This document shows positions 47,244 to 57,343 of a stretch of 64,000 bases of DNA, piece after piece. Location of the stretch: contig CAVPNL010000001.1 of the NCBI GenBank assembly GCA_963706575.1, positions 384,001-448,000 on the forward strand. The letters run 5' to 3'. A program made the position numbers and the translations under genes. The notes under the pieces were generated by a model, which saw only the letters and a program-made list of their open reading frames with translations, had not been told where the DNA came from and ran no database searches. Within the stretch, counting starts at the first letter, position 1; every line of letters starts with the position of its first letter. This DNA comes from an uncultured delta proteobacterium. GTDB lineage: Bacteria > Desulfobacterota > Desulfobacteria > Desulfobacterales > JAHEIW01.

Positions 47244-48431
47244 CTAAATGATTTTGCGCTCCTTAAACTGCTTCAATTCTTCATCTGAATATCCCAGAAT
47301 CCCACCAATGATTTCTTTGTTGTGCTCACCGAATCGTGGCGGAAATGAAAGCTGGCGGCCCAATCCTTCAAGGTAGGGTGTCAGATTGGGGGCCGGGGGC
47401 ATCGTGATTTTTGTACCGGTTAGCGGGTCTTCAGCGGATAAAAGGCGTTGTTGCACCAGTGGATCTGCCAGCACCTCGGGAATTGAATTTATTTTGCTTA
47501 CTGGGACTGTAATGGCATTAAACAGCTCGATCAGTTCCGCTGATGAATGATTTTTTGTAATCTCATTAATGGCGTTGTTCATCTTTGGGACGTTTTCGAT
47601 TCGACCCGCGTTGGTTTGATACTCGGATTTATCAAGTGATTGAAAAATCTCCTGCGACACCATTGCTTTCCACTGGCGGTCATTACCTACAGCCAGATAG
47701 ATATAGCCGTCGTTTGTTTTATAAACCGATAGGGGAGCAAAAAATTCATGCGTATTGCCCCGGCGGGTGATCGTTCGCCCCAGACTGGTAAAGGTAATGG
47801 GAATGGTAATCCAGGATAGGGAAGATTCGTACATGGACATATTCATACAGGATCCCTCACCGGTAACCTCGCGCTTATAAAGCGCTTTCATTACCAGTCC
47901 GTAACAGTGTTCACTTGTGCCCATGTCGGGAAGCGGAATGCCGGTTACATAGGGTTCACCTTCCTTCTCACCGGTCAGGTCCATCAGACCCGATCTGGCC
48001 TGCAAGATCGGATCATAGGCCGGCTCATTGCTTTGCGGTCCGAAGCCCGTAATGCCCAGCCAAATGATATCTGGCTTTAGCGCCTTTATGGTTTCATAAT
48101 CGATCCCCAGTTTTTCGTAGTTGCGCGGAAGCTGGTTGGTGGCAAAAATGTCGACTTTTAATTCCTGAATTAGATTACGGAAAATTTTTTGGCCCTCGGG
48201 GTCCGCAAGATTGAGCGTCATGGCTTTTTTGCCGGAATTGATACAGAGGTAATAGGTATTCATCCGCTCTTCATTTAACAGGTTCCATCCAACCAGTCTG
48301 TTCGGGTCTCCATACACGGGGTGTTCCAGCCGGATCACGTTAATTCCGTCATGAGCCAATCGATATGTCAAATACGGCAGGACCGTTGCCTGTTCCAGGG
48401 ACAGAACAGTAAGGTTTTTAAAAAATTCCAT
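47244..48431 (-). CDS. Family III CoA-transferase (divergent CaiB/BaiF)
   Basis: VLSLEQATVLPY, NSGKKAMTLNL, ITGFG, AYDPILQARSG, LPDM, PPRFGEHN. Confidence 0.88.
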   Translation of the reverse strand: MEFFKNLTVLSLEQATVLPYLTYRLAHDGINVIRLEHPVYGDPNRLVGWNLLNEERMNTYYLCINSGKKAMTLNLADPEGQKIFRNLIQELKVDIFATNQLPRNYEKLGIDYETIKALKPDIIWLGITGFGPQSNEPAYDPILQARSGLMDLTGEKEGEPYVTGIPLPDMGTSEHCYGLVMKALYKREVTGEGSCMNMSMYESSLSWITIPITFTSLGRTITRRGNTHEFFAPLSVYKTNDGYIYLAVGNDRQWKAMVSQEIFQSLDKSEYQTNAGRIENVPKMNNAINEITKNHSSAELIELFNAITVPVSKINSIPEVLADPLVQQRLLSAEDPLTGTKITMPPAPNLTPYLEGLGRQLSFPPRFGEHNKEIIGGILGYSDEELKQFKERKII

Positions 48432-48606
48432 TACTCACCTCCGAGTTTGTCTTGACATCTTTAAGGGATATATATAATTCAGTATTTTATTTTTAACGCG
48501 ATGCCATCAATTCTTCTGAGATCCAGCCATGGATGCGGCCCCTGCCCTTATCCGTGTAGCAGGATCTTTAAAATGCGTGCACCCGCGAAACACGAGGAGT
48601 TCGGTA

Positions 48607-49008
48607 ATGATTAAGAAAATAAGTCACATTGGTCTGGCCGTTGACAATCTAGCGGAAGCCAGAGCCTTTTTCGATGAAACGTTCGATTTTTCCGTGTCCG
48701 CTCAAGAGCAATTCGGAGAGCTGCTATTTTCTTTTATTTCTCTTGGCGAAACCGATTTGGAACTCCTCCAGTCCACCACTCCTGAAGGACAGATCGCCAA
48801 ATTTATCAACAAAAGAGGGCAGGGTATCCATCATATCTCATTGGAAGTCGATGATATCCAGGCTGAATTGGACCGTCTCAAAACCAAAGGACTGCAACTT
48901 ATTAATGAGAAACCTTACCGCAACGCCCATCAGGAGTTGGTTGCCTTTATTCACCCGAAAAGCACTTATGGGATTTTATTCGAGCTCATCCAGTCTAAAG
49001 AGAAATAG
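48607..49008 (+). CDS. mce: Methylmalonyl-CoA epimerase family (VOC fold)
   Basis: GAGGAG RBS; ISHIGLAV, LELLQ, KFINKRGQGIHHISLEVDDI, AFIHPKSTYGILFELIQ. Confidence 0.88.
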   Translation: MIKKISHIGLAVDNLAEARAFFDETFDFSVSAQEQFGELLFSFISLGETDLELLQSTTPEGQIAKFINKRGQGIHHISLEVDDIQAELDRLKTKGLQLINEKPYRNAHQELVAFIHPKSTYGILFELIQSKEK

Positions 49009-49031
49009 GCCCACTTAAATCACGGTTTGCA

Positions 49032-49352
49032 TCAATCTCCGGTAAGCTCGCCATATCCCAAGGGGGTCAATATTTTAGATTCCTCGGGTCCGGTGATATC
49101 CCAAATAATCGGTGTCCATTTTTGGATTTCGGGATCGTTAAACAGCTTTTCCCGTATTTGTTGAAACTCGGTAAAATCTTTAAACGCATAAAGATCCGTC
49201 ACCTCATCATAGGCGCCAACACTTGTTTTCCAGGCCGCCACCAGCCGCTGACCATGTTTTTTCATTGCCGGAAGCAAATGTTCTTCAAAAATTTTGCACC
49301 ACTCCTGCATCTTGCCACGTTGCACTTTCACGGTTACGTGCAAATATATCAT
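49032..49352 (-). CDS. NIPSNAP family protein
   Basis: MIYLHVTVKVQRGKM...LVAAWKTSVG...LYAFKD...ESKILTP pattern; 106 aa; GGAGGA RBS. Confidence 0.72.
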   Translation of the reverse strand: MIYLHVTVKVQRGKMQEWCKIFEEHLLPAMKKHGQRLVAAWKTSVGAYDEVTDLYAFKDFTEFQQIREKLFNDPEIQKWTPIIWDITGPEESKILTPLGYGELTGD

Positions 49353-49473
49353 TGTTATCCTCCTTTGACTTGAATCCTATGGTTTCAAATGAATACCGAG
49401 ATCGGCTATCCAGAAACTCAAATTATATTTCAGGTGTTTGTTATTGAAGATACCGCTGCAAATGCCTTGCAGA

Positions 49474-50178
49474 TCATTTTGACAGTTTTTCCTGCAAAGT
49501 CGATATCAACTCATCCGTATCAAGCACTTTACCGAAGAAAGCCGCCCAGTTTCTCATAGTGTAGATCTGATCTTCCTCGGTAAATGTGGCGCTGGCGTCA
49601 TCGACCATGATGACCTTATACCCCAGATCCCAGGCGCTGCGGGCGGTGCTTCCCACGCAGACATCGGTAGCCGTTCCGACGACCACCACCGTGTCGATGC
49701 CGGCCATTCGCATGCGGTGATTGAGGGAAGTACCCATAAATGCACTGCGGGTTGCTTTGGGTATGACCAGTTCGCCCCGCTGAGGCTCGAGTTCTTCAAG
49801 GACCTTGAACTCAAAGTCCTCGGTGGTAAAGGCCGGGACTTCTTTGAGGCGTGCCTGTCTGAGGGGATGCAGGTCGCTTCCATCCAGCAGAGATGCGCCA
49901 AATGCGCCATAAAAGACCCGCATCTTGTTTTTCCTGAAAAAATCCAGCAGCTTGGCGCAGTTGGGAATAACAATTTTTAATCGATCCGAATAATATTGAG
50001 CGGCTTCCGGATCCGAGTCGATATAATTTTTTAGGACGCCGTAATCCGGATGGGCCACATAGTACTGCATATCAATCACCAACAGGGCCATGTTTGCGGG
50101 CTCCACCGGGAATTCGCCCACTGCCTGAGGGATTCTGTCCAGTCCCTTTTGCCAAGCTTTATTACCACTTGTTCCCAT
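49474..50178 (-). CDS. Isochorismatase-family cysteine hydrolase
   Basis: Asp-Lys-Cys triad: LVIDMQ, PKATRSAF, ATDVCVGSTAR. Confidence 0.9.
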   Translation of the reverse strand: MGTSGNKAWQKGLDRIPQAVGEFPVEPANMALLVIDMQYYVAHPDYGVLKNYIDSDPEAAQYYSDRLKIVIPNCAKLLDFFRKNKMRVFYGAFGASLLDGSDLHPLRQARLKEVPAFTTEDFEFKVLEELEPQRGELVIPKATRSAFMGTSLNHRMRMAGIDTVVVVGTATDVCVGSTARSAWDLGYKVIMVDDASATFTEEDQIYTMRNWAAFFGKVLDTDELISTLQEKLSK

Positions 50179-50227
50179 ATTTTATCCTCCTTTGATAAGA
50201 ATGGTTGTCTGCGTTCGAGTTTGTCGT

Positions 50228-51355
50228 TTAGGGCTTACACCGCATCTCGAGGTAGGGCGGCGTTAATTCTTCACATCCGGTGTCGGTTACCAGTAATGTG
50301 CTGCAGCAGGTCACCAGGGCCGGTTCAACTTCGACAATTTGCAGGATAAAGGGGGTCCAGGGCTCAATCACCTGCTGGCCGCTCATGCCCATGTCCACCG
50401 GGCCGAAGGAAAGGCCCAGGTTGGCCCCGACTCGACGCCAGTAATCCTGCCCCTTTGCAGCGCGGTAAACGTTGTTGGCGGCCTTATACGTGTCTCCCGA
50501 AATCGCGCCCGGTTTGAGCGCCTCTTTGGCGGCCAGGTACATGTCGCGCACCAGTTTATGCGCATCGATGATTTCAGGATTTGGGTTTTCTCCAAGAAAA
50601 ACGGTTGCCTGAGCGCCTGCCAGGTATTGACATTCGGTGCCCCAGACTTCGACCGTGGCGATATCATTCACATTCAAACGGCGATTGACGGCGGTATCGT
50701 GCATGTAACCGCCTTTTGGGCCTGACCATATCCACATCTTGGGTACTTCAACATCGGACTGGCCGGCCCGATACATGGCATGTTGAATCTCAGCGATGAT
50801 TTCGTAGGGATAAAGACCGGCCCGTATCAATTCCAGCCCTTTTTGAAATCCGATATTGGTCATTTCAGCCGCCTTGCGGTAGTAGGCGACTTCCTGTTCA
50901 GACAGGGCGATGCGGATATTCTCGACCAGCCAGCTGGCATTTTTTAAATCTGCTTGGGGCAGGGCGTTTTTCATCTGATTGAACTGAAAAACCGTCATAA
51001 ATGCCTCTTCAACGCCGATGGTGCCCGTGGTAGCACCGCATTCTTCAACGAGTTCCGCCAGCATCGCATAGTGGTCTTCATGGTCCTTATAAAATCGGGG
51101 ATTTGGGGCCAGCTGGGTTTCAGCGGCCGAACATTCGATCACCCGGGTCATAAAACGCATTTCACCTTTCTGGGTGATGATCAGGGGCAAAAGGGGCAGG
51201 GTCCAGTTCATTGCTGCGGCCCGATATCCGGCCACCCAGTAAATATTTTGAGCCCGGGTGAGTATAATGGCATCCAGACCTTCCTGCAACATGCGCTTTT
51301 TAACCTTTTCAAGTCTTTGGCCGTATTCCTCATTCGAGAAAGGCAAAATACCCAT
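50228..51355 (-). CDS. M24 (pita-bread) fold hydrolase, creatinase/ectoine hydrolase-like
   Basis: FSNEEYGQRLEKV...GLDAII...NIYWVAGY creatinase N-domain; metal ligands largely replaced (RVGANLG, CCST), His retained in GYMHDT. Confidence 0.8.
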   Translation of the reverse strand: MGILPFSNEEYGQRLEKVKKRMLQEGLDAIILTRAQNIYWVAGYRAAAMNWTLPLLPLIITQKGEMRFMTRVIECSAAETQLAPNPRFYKDHEDHYAMLAELVEECGATTGTIGVEEAFMTVFQFNQMKNALPQADLKNASWLVENIRIALSEQEVAYYRKAAEMTNIGFQKGLELIRAGLYPYEIIAEIQHAMYRAGQSDVEVPKMWIWSGPKGGYMHDTAVNRRLNVNDIATVEVWGTECQYLAGAQATVFLGENPNPEIIDAHKLVRDMYLAAKEALKPGAISGDTYKAANNVYRAAKGQDYWRRVGANLGLSFGPVDMGMSGQQVIEPWTPFILQIVEVEPALVTCCSTLLVTDTGCEELTPPYLEMRCKP

Positions 51356-51429
51356 CGATTAATCCCCCTGTAACGATCAGTTTGTGTACAAAAATTCTTG
51401 ATGTCAGTGGTAATTTTAATGCATAAATT

Positions 51430-51477
51430 AATTAATTATTGAATTATTTTTATGATAGATATCCGAAATTAAGTCAA
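51430..51477 (-). promoter_or_regulatory. Operator and -35 box upstream of the hydrolase operon
   Basis: AATTAATTATTGAATT 51430-51445; minus-strand TTGACT 51477-51472. Confidence 0.6.
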
Positions 51478-51629
51478 GGAAAAAAAGAATCTCGGCATTA
51501 CGTTCCTGGAACCGGTTGAACATAAAGTTTTCAATTGTTTAACCTGAAACTAATTTTATACAATTTATTCAAATAATTAAATCTTTGTCCGAAATGTTTT
51601 ATATTTTTTCTGCATTTACATGTTTTTGC

Positions 51630-51672
51630 TTGACGGAGTTTTCATATTGAATTAAATATGGAATTAATTTTA
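51630..51672 (+). promoter_or_regulatory. Promoter/operator upstream of the CoA ligase-ABC transporter operon
   Basis: TTGACG 51630-51635, GTTTTCATATTGAATT 51638-51653, AATTAATTTT. Confidence 0.6.
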
Positions 51673-51814
51673 TCAAATTTGTGTTTACTAAAGACAGGTT
51701 TAGATTGTCTCAAAAGAATTTGATTTTGTTTTCAGATCCCATAATGAATTTGATAAAAATGGCTCGTATGGGCACCATCTTTTAATTTAATTCATTCATA
51801 AGGGAGCATCGGCC

Positions 51815-53365
51815 ATGCATCTAAGGGAAGTTTTGCTAAGAGAAGCACGGCGCAACGCCAATGTGGATGCGTTTATCTATGGGAACCAGCGCATGAGTTT
51901 CTATCAACTCAAAGAAAGAGGGTGTCGTCTGGCAAATGCACTTTCTGCATTGGGAGTGAAGCCAGGAGATCGGGTCGGGATTCTTCTTTATAACTGCTTT
52001 GAATATCCTGAGGTGCTCTGGGCCAATTTTATGCTGGGATCGGTTGCCGTAACGCTTAACTTTCGTCTGGTATCGGACGAGATCTTATATGCGCAAGAAG
52101 TGGCAGATGTCAATGTTTTGATACTGGGGGAAGAGTTTATCGAGCAAATCGAGCCGATTAAAGATCGTCTGGGGATTGATCATTACATCTGTCTTGGCAA
52201 AGAAGCCCAGCCGGACATGTCGTTTTATTCGGATTTAATGGAAAACGCAAGGGCGGATATTCCTCCTTTTACCGGAAATGATCGAGACGCCGCTGTGGTT
52301 TTGTTTACTTCGGGAACCGCTGCCTTTCCAAAGGCGGTGGTGCTCACCCACCAAAACCTCATCACGGCTGGCCTGGTCTGGGCGGCGGATATGGATATTC
52401 GGTATGGTGACAATTGCCTGGTGGTCACACCGTTCTATCACATCGGGGCGGTAGGGTATCATCTGGCTCACGCCATTTCTGGATCCAGTACCACCTGTTT
52501 TCCACAGCCTTCCTGGGATCCGGAGCTTTTTCTAAAAATCGTTGAAAAGGAAAGATGCACCTATCTGTATATTACGCCGGGGATGTATCGACAGGTTTTT
52601 TCCGTACCGAAATTTAAAGAATATGATCTCAGCTCATGGCGTACCTGTATCACCGGTTCGGAACCGGTACCCAGAGCCACCATCGAAGAGATGGCCGAAT
52701 ACCTTCCCCAGGGCCGCATCTACAATGCGTACGGGCTGACAGAAGCGACCGGACCCGCTGTTTCGGTGGCCAAGCATGAAATGGCCATTGAAAAAGCGCC
52801 ATCTGTGGGGCGGCCGTTCGTGAATACGGACATTCGGGTGATGGGTGAAGACGGAGAAGAATGCCGGACGGGCGAAGTGGGCGAAATAGCGGTAAAAGGT
52901 GATCAGGTCATGCGTGAATATTTGAATGATCCGGATACCACCAACGCCACGCTGAAAGCGGGTTGGCTCTATACCGGAGATCTGGGACAGATGGACGGCG
53001 ATGGATATCTATATGTCGTGGACCGTAAGAAGGACATCATTATCAGCGGTGGCGAGAACATCTCTTCGGTGGAGGTTGAATCCACTCTTTACAAACACCC
53101 CAAAATTATGGAAGCCGCTGTCATCGGGATTCCGGATGCCAAATTTGGCGAAGGCGTCTGTGCCGTCGTTGTCCCCCGGGAAGGCCAGGAGATCGCCGAA
53201 CAAGAAGTTCTGATGTACTGCAAAGAACATCTTGCCAGTTACAAAAAACCGCGGAAGGTGATTTTCACTGACGCGCTCCCACGGAATCCCTCTGGTAAAG
53301 TATTGAAACGGGATTTAAGGAAGCGTTACGCCGGCAGCGAAAAGAAGGTCTTTGCGCGCAAGTAG
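51815..53365 (+). CDS. Acyl/aryl-CoA ligase (ANL superfamily)
   Basis: LFTSGTAAFPK, YGLTE, WLYTGDLG, SGGENISSVEVE, LPRNPSGKVLK. Confidence 0.92.
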   Translation: MHLREVLLREARRNANVDAFIYGNQRMSFYQLKERGCRLANALSALGVKPGDRVGILLYNCFEYPEVLWANFMLGSVAVTLNFRLVSDEILYAQEVADVNVLILGEEFIEQIEPIKDRLGIDHYICLGKEAQPDMSFYSDLMENARADIPPFTGNDRDAAVVLFTSGTAAFPKAVVLTHQNLITAGLVWAADMDIRYGDNCLVVTPFYHIGAVGYHLAHAISGSSTTCFPQPSWDPELFLKIVEKERCTYLYITPGMYRQVFSVPKFKEYDLSSWRTCITGSEPVPRATIEEMAEYLPQGRIYNAYGLTEATGPAVSVAKHEMAIEKAPSVGRPFVNTDIRVMGEDGEECRTGEVGEIAVKGDQVMREYLNDPDTTNATLKAGWLYTGDLGQMDGDGYLYVVDRKKDIIISGGENISSVEVESTLYKHPKIMEAAVIGIPDAKFGEGVCAVVVPREGQEIAEQEVLMYCKEHLASYKKPRKVIFTDALPRNPSGKVLKRDLRKRYAGSEKKVFARK

Positions 53366-53484
53366 CTGAGATAAAGAATTATCAAAATAGGCCAAGCGAA
53401 AAATAGTTCCGTTATAAATGGTCTCAAACATTTTGACTGTTTTAAGCGCCATTGTAAACCGATATTTAGTGAAAGAAAAATCTG

Positions 53485-54408
53485 TTGAAATCGCACTTTC
53501 TCATATTACCCATATTTGTGGCAGCGATTTTTCTCTTTCCGCTGGTATTTCCTGAATCCTATTGGATAACGGTTTTCATATATGTGGGCATCTATGGCCT
53601 GATTGTTGTTGGCTACGACCTTCTTTTGGGTTATTGCGGTCAGATTTCCCTGGGACATAACGCCCTGTTTGCGATCGGGGCATACGCCACCGCCATTACA
53701 ACCACCTGGTTTGGCTGGTCTCCAATATTCGGCATCATTGGTGGCATATTCATTACCTGCCTGATCGCCTATGTTGTTGGAATTCCCACTTTGAGGCTTC
53801 GTGGTTACTATTTGGCCATTGCCACGATGGGATTCGCCTTTATCGTTGAATCGCTGATCAGGACCCAGTACTTTGGCGGGTCTTCGGGCATTTCAGGAAT
53901 CCCTCATCTTTCCGTCTTAGGCTATACCTTCGATTCTGACCGCAGTTATTACTATCTTGTCTGGAGCATTGTTTTCCTGGCGGCTGTTGTTTGCTTGCGA
54001 ATTGGTGAAACGGCACTTGGCAGAAGCATGAAGGCCGTGCATACCGACGAAGAGGCTGCCGGATGCATGGGAATCAATGTTGCCAAAACCAAAATTCAGG
54101 TATTTGTATTTAGCGCCGCGCTGGCAGCTATCGCCGGCAGTTTATATGCCCATTATGGGACGGTTATTTCTCCCAATAGTTTCAATATTATGCTGTCGGT
54201 GAAACTGCTGCTGATGCTTTTCCTGGGAGGCGCCGGCAGCATATACGGGGGGCTTATCGGTGCCTTAATTTTGTTTGCACTGCCTGAATTTCTGGAACAT
54301 ATGGAGAGACTTGAACTGGCAATTGAAGGCCTTGTGTTCATGCTCATTCTTATTTTTCTGCCTAAAGGTTTAGTTGGGGGATTAAACCGATTATTGAATT
54401 TAAGATAG
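53485..54408 (+). CDS. livM: HAAT (Liv-type) ABC transporter permease LivM-like
   Basis: GYCGQISLGH, LRLRGYYLAIAT, GRSMKAV..DE.AA..MGIN, LGGAGS. Confidence 0.88.
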   Translation: MKSHFLILPIFVAAIFLFPLVFPESYWITVFIYVGIYGLIVVGYDLLLGYCGQISLGHNALFAIGAYATAITTTWFGWSPIFGIIGGIFITCLIAYVVGIPTLRLRGYYLAIATMGFAFIVESLIRTQYFGGSSGISGIPHLSVLGYTFDSDRSYYYLVWSIVFLAAVVCLRIGETALGRSMKAVHTDEEAAGCMGINVAKTKIQVFVFSAALAAIAGSLYAHYGTVISPNSFNIMLSVKLLLMLFLGGAGSIYGGLIGALILFALPEFLEHMERLELAIEGLVFMLILIFLPKGLVGGLNRLLNLR

Positions 54409-54470
54409 ATAATAATCCGATATAATAAAAAAAATATAGCTCGGACTAAAGACGGTCACCGTAACAGGAT

Positions 54471-55265
54471 ATGGCAAACACGCACCGGCAAATTTTAAAA
54501 GGTCGATCAATCTCGAAAAATTTTGGAGGCCTACAAGCCCTGCTGAACGTCGATTTTGAGGTCGAAAACGGAATGATCTTTGCCATTATCGGGCCCAACG
54601 GTGCGGGTAAAACAACTCTGTTCAATCTTATATCCGGCTTTGACAGAGATTATTCGGGCGAATTCATTTTTAAAGATGTGTCCCTGGGTCAATTTCCGCC
54701 ACACGATATCACCTTGCGAGGAATTGCCAGGACGTTTCAAAATGTCAGGCTTTTTAAAAATCTTTCAGTACTCGAAAATGTTGCAGTGGGATGTCATGGA
54801 TGGGCGGCTCCAATTTATTCTCGCGCCATATTCGGTTTTAAGTCTAACCGGCAGGAGGAACATACCATTAAAGCGTATGCCCTGGAGATGCTGGACTTTG
54901 TAGGATTGGCGGATAAAAGAAACACGGAAGTCGAATCCCTTTCTTTAGGTGAGCAAAAGCTATTGGAAATCGCACGTGCACTGGCGGCCAAGCCCAAACT
55001 GTTGCTGTTAGATGAACCCGGAGCCGGGCTGAACGATCGGGAGATGGACAACTTAGAGGAGATTATTTTTAAAAATAAAGAAAACGGAATTACCCAGATT
55101 ATTGTTGAACACAATATGAAATTCATCATGAGCATTTCAGATGAAATTATGGTGCTTAATTTCGGAAACAAAATCGCTTATGGTCCCCCTAAACTAATTG
55201 TCAGCGATGAAAGCGTAATTGAAGTATATCTGGGCAAGGAAGAGAATCTTGTTAGAACTGAATAA
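54471..55265 (+). CDS. livG: HAAT ABC transporter ATPase LivG-like
   Basis: FGGLQAL, GPNGAGKTT, GIARTFQ, LLLLDEP, VEHNM. Confidence 0.9.
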   Translation: MANTHRQILKGRSISKNFGGLQALLNVDFEVENGMIFAIIGPNGAGKTTLFNLISGFDRDYSGEFIFKDVSLGQFPPHDITLRGIARTFQNVRLFKNLSVLENVAVGCHGWAAPIYSRAIFGFKSNRQEEHTIKAYALEMLDFVGLADKRNTEVESLSLGEQKLLEIARALAAKPKLLLLDEPGAGLNDREMDNLEEIIFKNKENGITQIIVEHNMKFIMSISDEIMVLNFGNKIAYGPPKLIVSDESVIEVYLGKEENLVRTE

Positions 55266-55962
55266 TGTCACATCCGGTTACGGAAAATTTCAAGTCCTAA
55301 AAGAGGTCTCCATAAAAGTGAATGCAGGCGAAATCGTTTGCGTGGTTGGCGCCAATGGTGCCGGTAAAACGACCATGATGCGGGCGCTTTCAGGTATTAT
55401 TCCCATCTGGCAGGGTGGTAAATCCTTTAACCGTAAAGATGTGACCCGGCTCAGTGCAGCAAAATTAACCAAAGCGGGCATCATACAGATACCGGAAGGT
55501 CGATTGATCATCAAGGAACTCTCGGTTGAAGACAATCTTCGTTTAGGCGCATACTCCCACTATTTTAAGCTGGGCAAAGCCGAATACCGAAAAGATCTGG
55601 ATTCTGTCTATGAACTGTTTCCCATACTGTACAAAAGAACGCGTCAAAAAGCCGGTACACTGTCAGGCGGAGAACAACAGATGCTGGCCATTGGGCGGGG
55701 TCTGATGGGCAGACCCAAAATGCTCTTACTTGATGAACCCTCTCTGGGGCTCGCGCCGCTGGTGGTTTCCACCATTTTTAAGGTTATCAAAGAACTTAAT
55801 CAGAACGGATTGCCGATTCTTCTCGTTGAGCAAAACGTGAGGGCTGCCATGCAAATTTCAAATCGGGGGTATGTCCTGGAAACCGGGTCGGTTGTCTTAG
55901 AAGGAAGATGTGAAGATCTTCTAAACGATGAAAAGATCGTGCGGGCCTACATGGGTGCGTAA
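55249..55962 (+). CDS. livF: HAAT ABC transporter ATPase LivF-like
   Basis: Likely TTG start at 55249; GANGAGKTT, PEGR, AGTLSGGEQQMLAIGR, LDEPSLGLAP, LVEQN. Confidence 0.9.
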   Translation: MLELNNVTSGYGKFQVLKEVSIKVNAGEIVCVVGANGAGKTTMMRALSGIIPIWQGGKSFNRKDVTRLSAAKLTKAGIIQIPEGRLIIKELSVEDNLRLGAYSHYFKLGKAEYRKDLDSVYELFPILYKRTRQKAGTLSGGEQQMLAIGRGLMGRPKMLLLDEPSLGLAPLVVSTIFKVIKELNQNGLPILLVEQNVRAAMQISNRGYVLETGSVVLEGRCEDLLNDEKIVRAYMGA

Positions 55963-56074
55963 TCTCTAACAACAGGAGGTAATAGGGTCAAAAAGGTGCA
56001 AGGGATGGAATGTGAGTGACCAATCAAAATGTTACCACTTATTAAAAACGCATTAAAAATGAAAGGAGGATACC

Positions 56075-57256
56075 GTGAAAAGATCAACATTATTTGTGAT
56101 AGCCATCGCTATCGTCGCCATTTTTGTCTGTTCGCAAACCGTGTTTGCAGCTGATACAATTAAAATTGGTGCTGCTTATGGGATGACCGGCCGAATTGGC
56201 TGGATCGGAGAGGATTGTGTCAATGGCGCAAATTTAGTTGTCGATGAAATCAACGCCAAGGGTGGGATTAATGGAAAGAAAATTGAATTGGTTGTCTACG
56301 ATACCAAAAATAATGCCGACACAGCCAGAACGATTTTTGAAAAATTGGTCAAAAAGGATAAGGTCGTGGCAATCATAGGGCCCGTCGTCACCCAGGCAAC
56401 TCAAACCGTCATGCCCATTGCTGAGAAATACAAAATCCCTTACGCAGCGGTTTCAGGTGGCATCGAGATCAATGCCAAAATCCTGCCCGATTATAATAAT
56501 CAGGGAAAAAAAAGTTATACCTGGGCCATGAGTATCGGTACTCCCAGACAGAATGAAGTCAAAACCATCTGGCTTCAGAAAAAGGGCTTTAAAAAACTGG
56601 GCAATATCGAGCCGTTGTCCCAGATGGGAGAGCTTTCAACAGCCACTTATGACCAGTGGGCCCAACAGTACGGCATGGAGGTTGTCGCAAAAGAAAAATT
56701 TGACAACAAAGGCACCGATTTCACAACCCAGATGTCAAAGCTCAAAGCGGCCGGTGCGGATTCCATCGGAACGATGGCATCCGGCGGCCCGGCGGTGACT
56801 CTTGTTAAAAACAGGGATCAGGTTGGCATGCAAGGCGCACCGATGATGGTTTCCGATGCCAATCTCTCCAAAAAGTTTATCGGCCTGCTGGGAGAAAACA
56901 CTGCCAACGTATACACTGTTGGCGCTAAGATCAGCTTTCCCCAGCACCTGGATGCAAGTGATCCGCAGAAACAAATCATTGCGGATTTTCAGAAGAAATT
57001 TGAAGCCAAATTCGGAAAAGGTCCCAAGAGCTGGTTTTTTGCCTCGGTGGGCTATGATAGCGCTCTGATGTTTGTAAAAGCGATTGAACAGGCCGGAACC
57101 GATGGCGAGAAAATTCGGGATTGGGTAGAAGGTCAGTCGAAATTTCAGGGGGTTCAGGCAGTATATTCCTGGAGTGCCTTGGATCACCGCGGAATCGGAG
57201 TGGATCAATGTTCGGTTCTGGGAATTAAAGACGGCGATTGGGTGCCGGCTCAATAA
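56075..57256 (+). CDS. HAAT ABC transporter periplasmic substrate-binding protein
   Basis: Signal peptide MKRST...VFA; IKIGA, INAKGGINGKKIELVVYD, DFTTQMSKLK, GYDS, DHRG; strong RBS AAAGGAGG. Confidence 0.9.
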   Translation: MKRSTLFVIAIAIVAIFVCSQTVFAADTIKIGAAYGMTGRIGWIGEDCVNGANLVVDEINAKGGINGKKIELVVYDTKNNADTARTIFEKLVKKDKVVAIIGPVVTQATQTVMPIAEKYKIPYAAVSGGIEINAKILPDYNNQGKKSYTWAMSIGTPRQNEVKTIWLQKKGFKKLGNIEPLSQMGELSTATYDQWAQQYGMEVVAKEKFDNKGTDFTTQMSKLKAAGADSIGTMASGGPAVTLVKNRDQVGMQGAPMMVSDANLSKKFIGLLGENTANVYTVGAKISFPQHLDASDPQKQIIADFQKKFEAKFGKGPKSWFFASVGYDSALMFVKAIEQAGTDGEKIRDWVEGQSKFQGVQAVYSWSALDHRGIGVDQCSVLGIKDGDWVPAQ

Positions 57257-57266
57257 TATTTGTCTG

Positions 57267-57307
57267 ACGGGAAAGGCTCGCAAGAACCGATGAGCCTTTC
57301 CCGTTTT
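57267..57307 (+). terminator. Stem-loop after the binding-protein gene (terminator/attenuator)
   Basis: ACGGGAAAGGCTC-N12-GAGCCTTTCCCGT followed by TTT. Confidence 0.65.
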
Positions 57308-57343
57308 AATGATTTTCAAGGGATGTAATCTAGGAGTAAGGCA

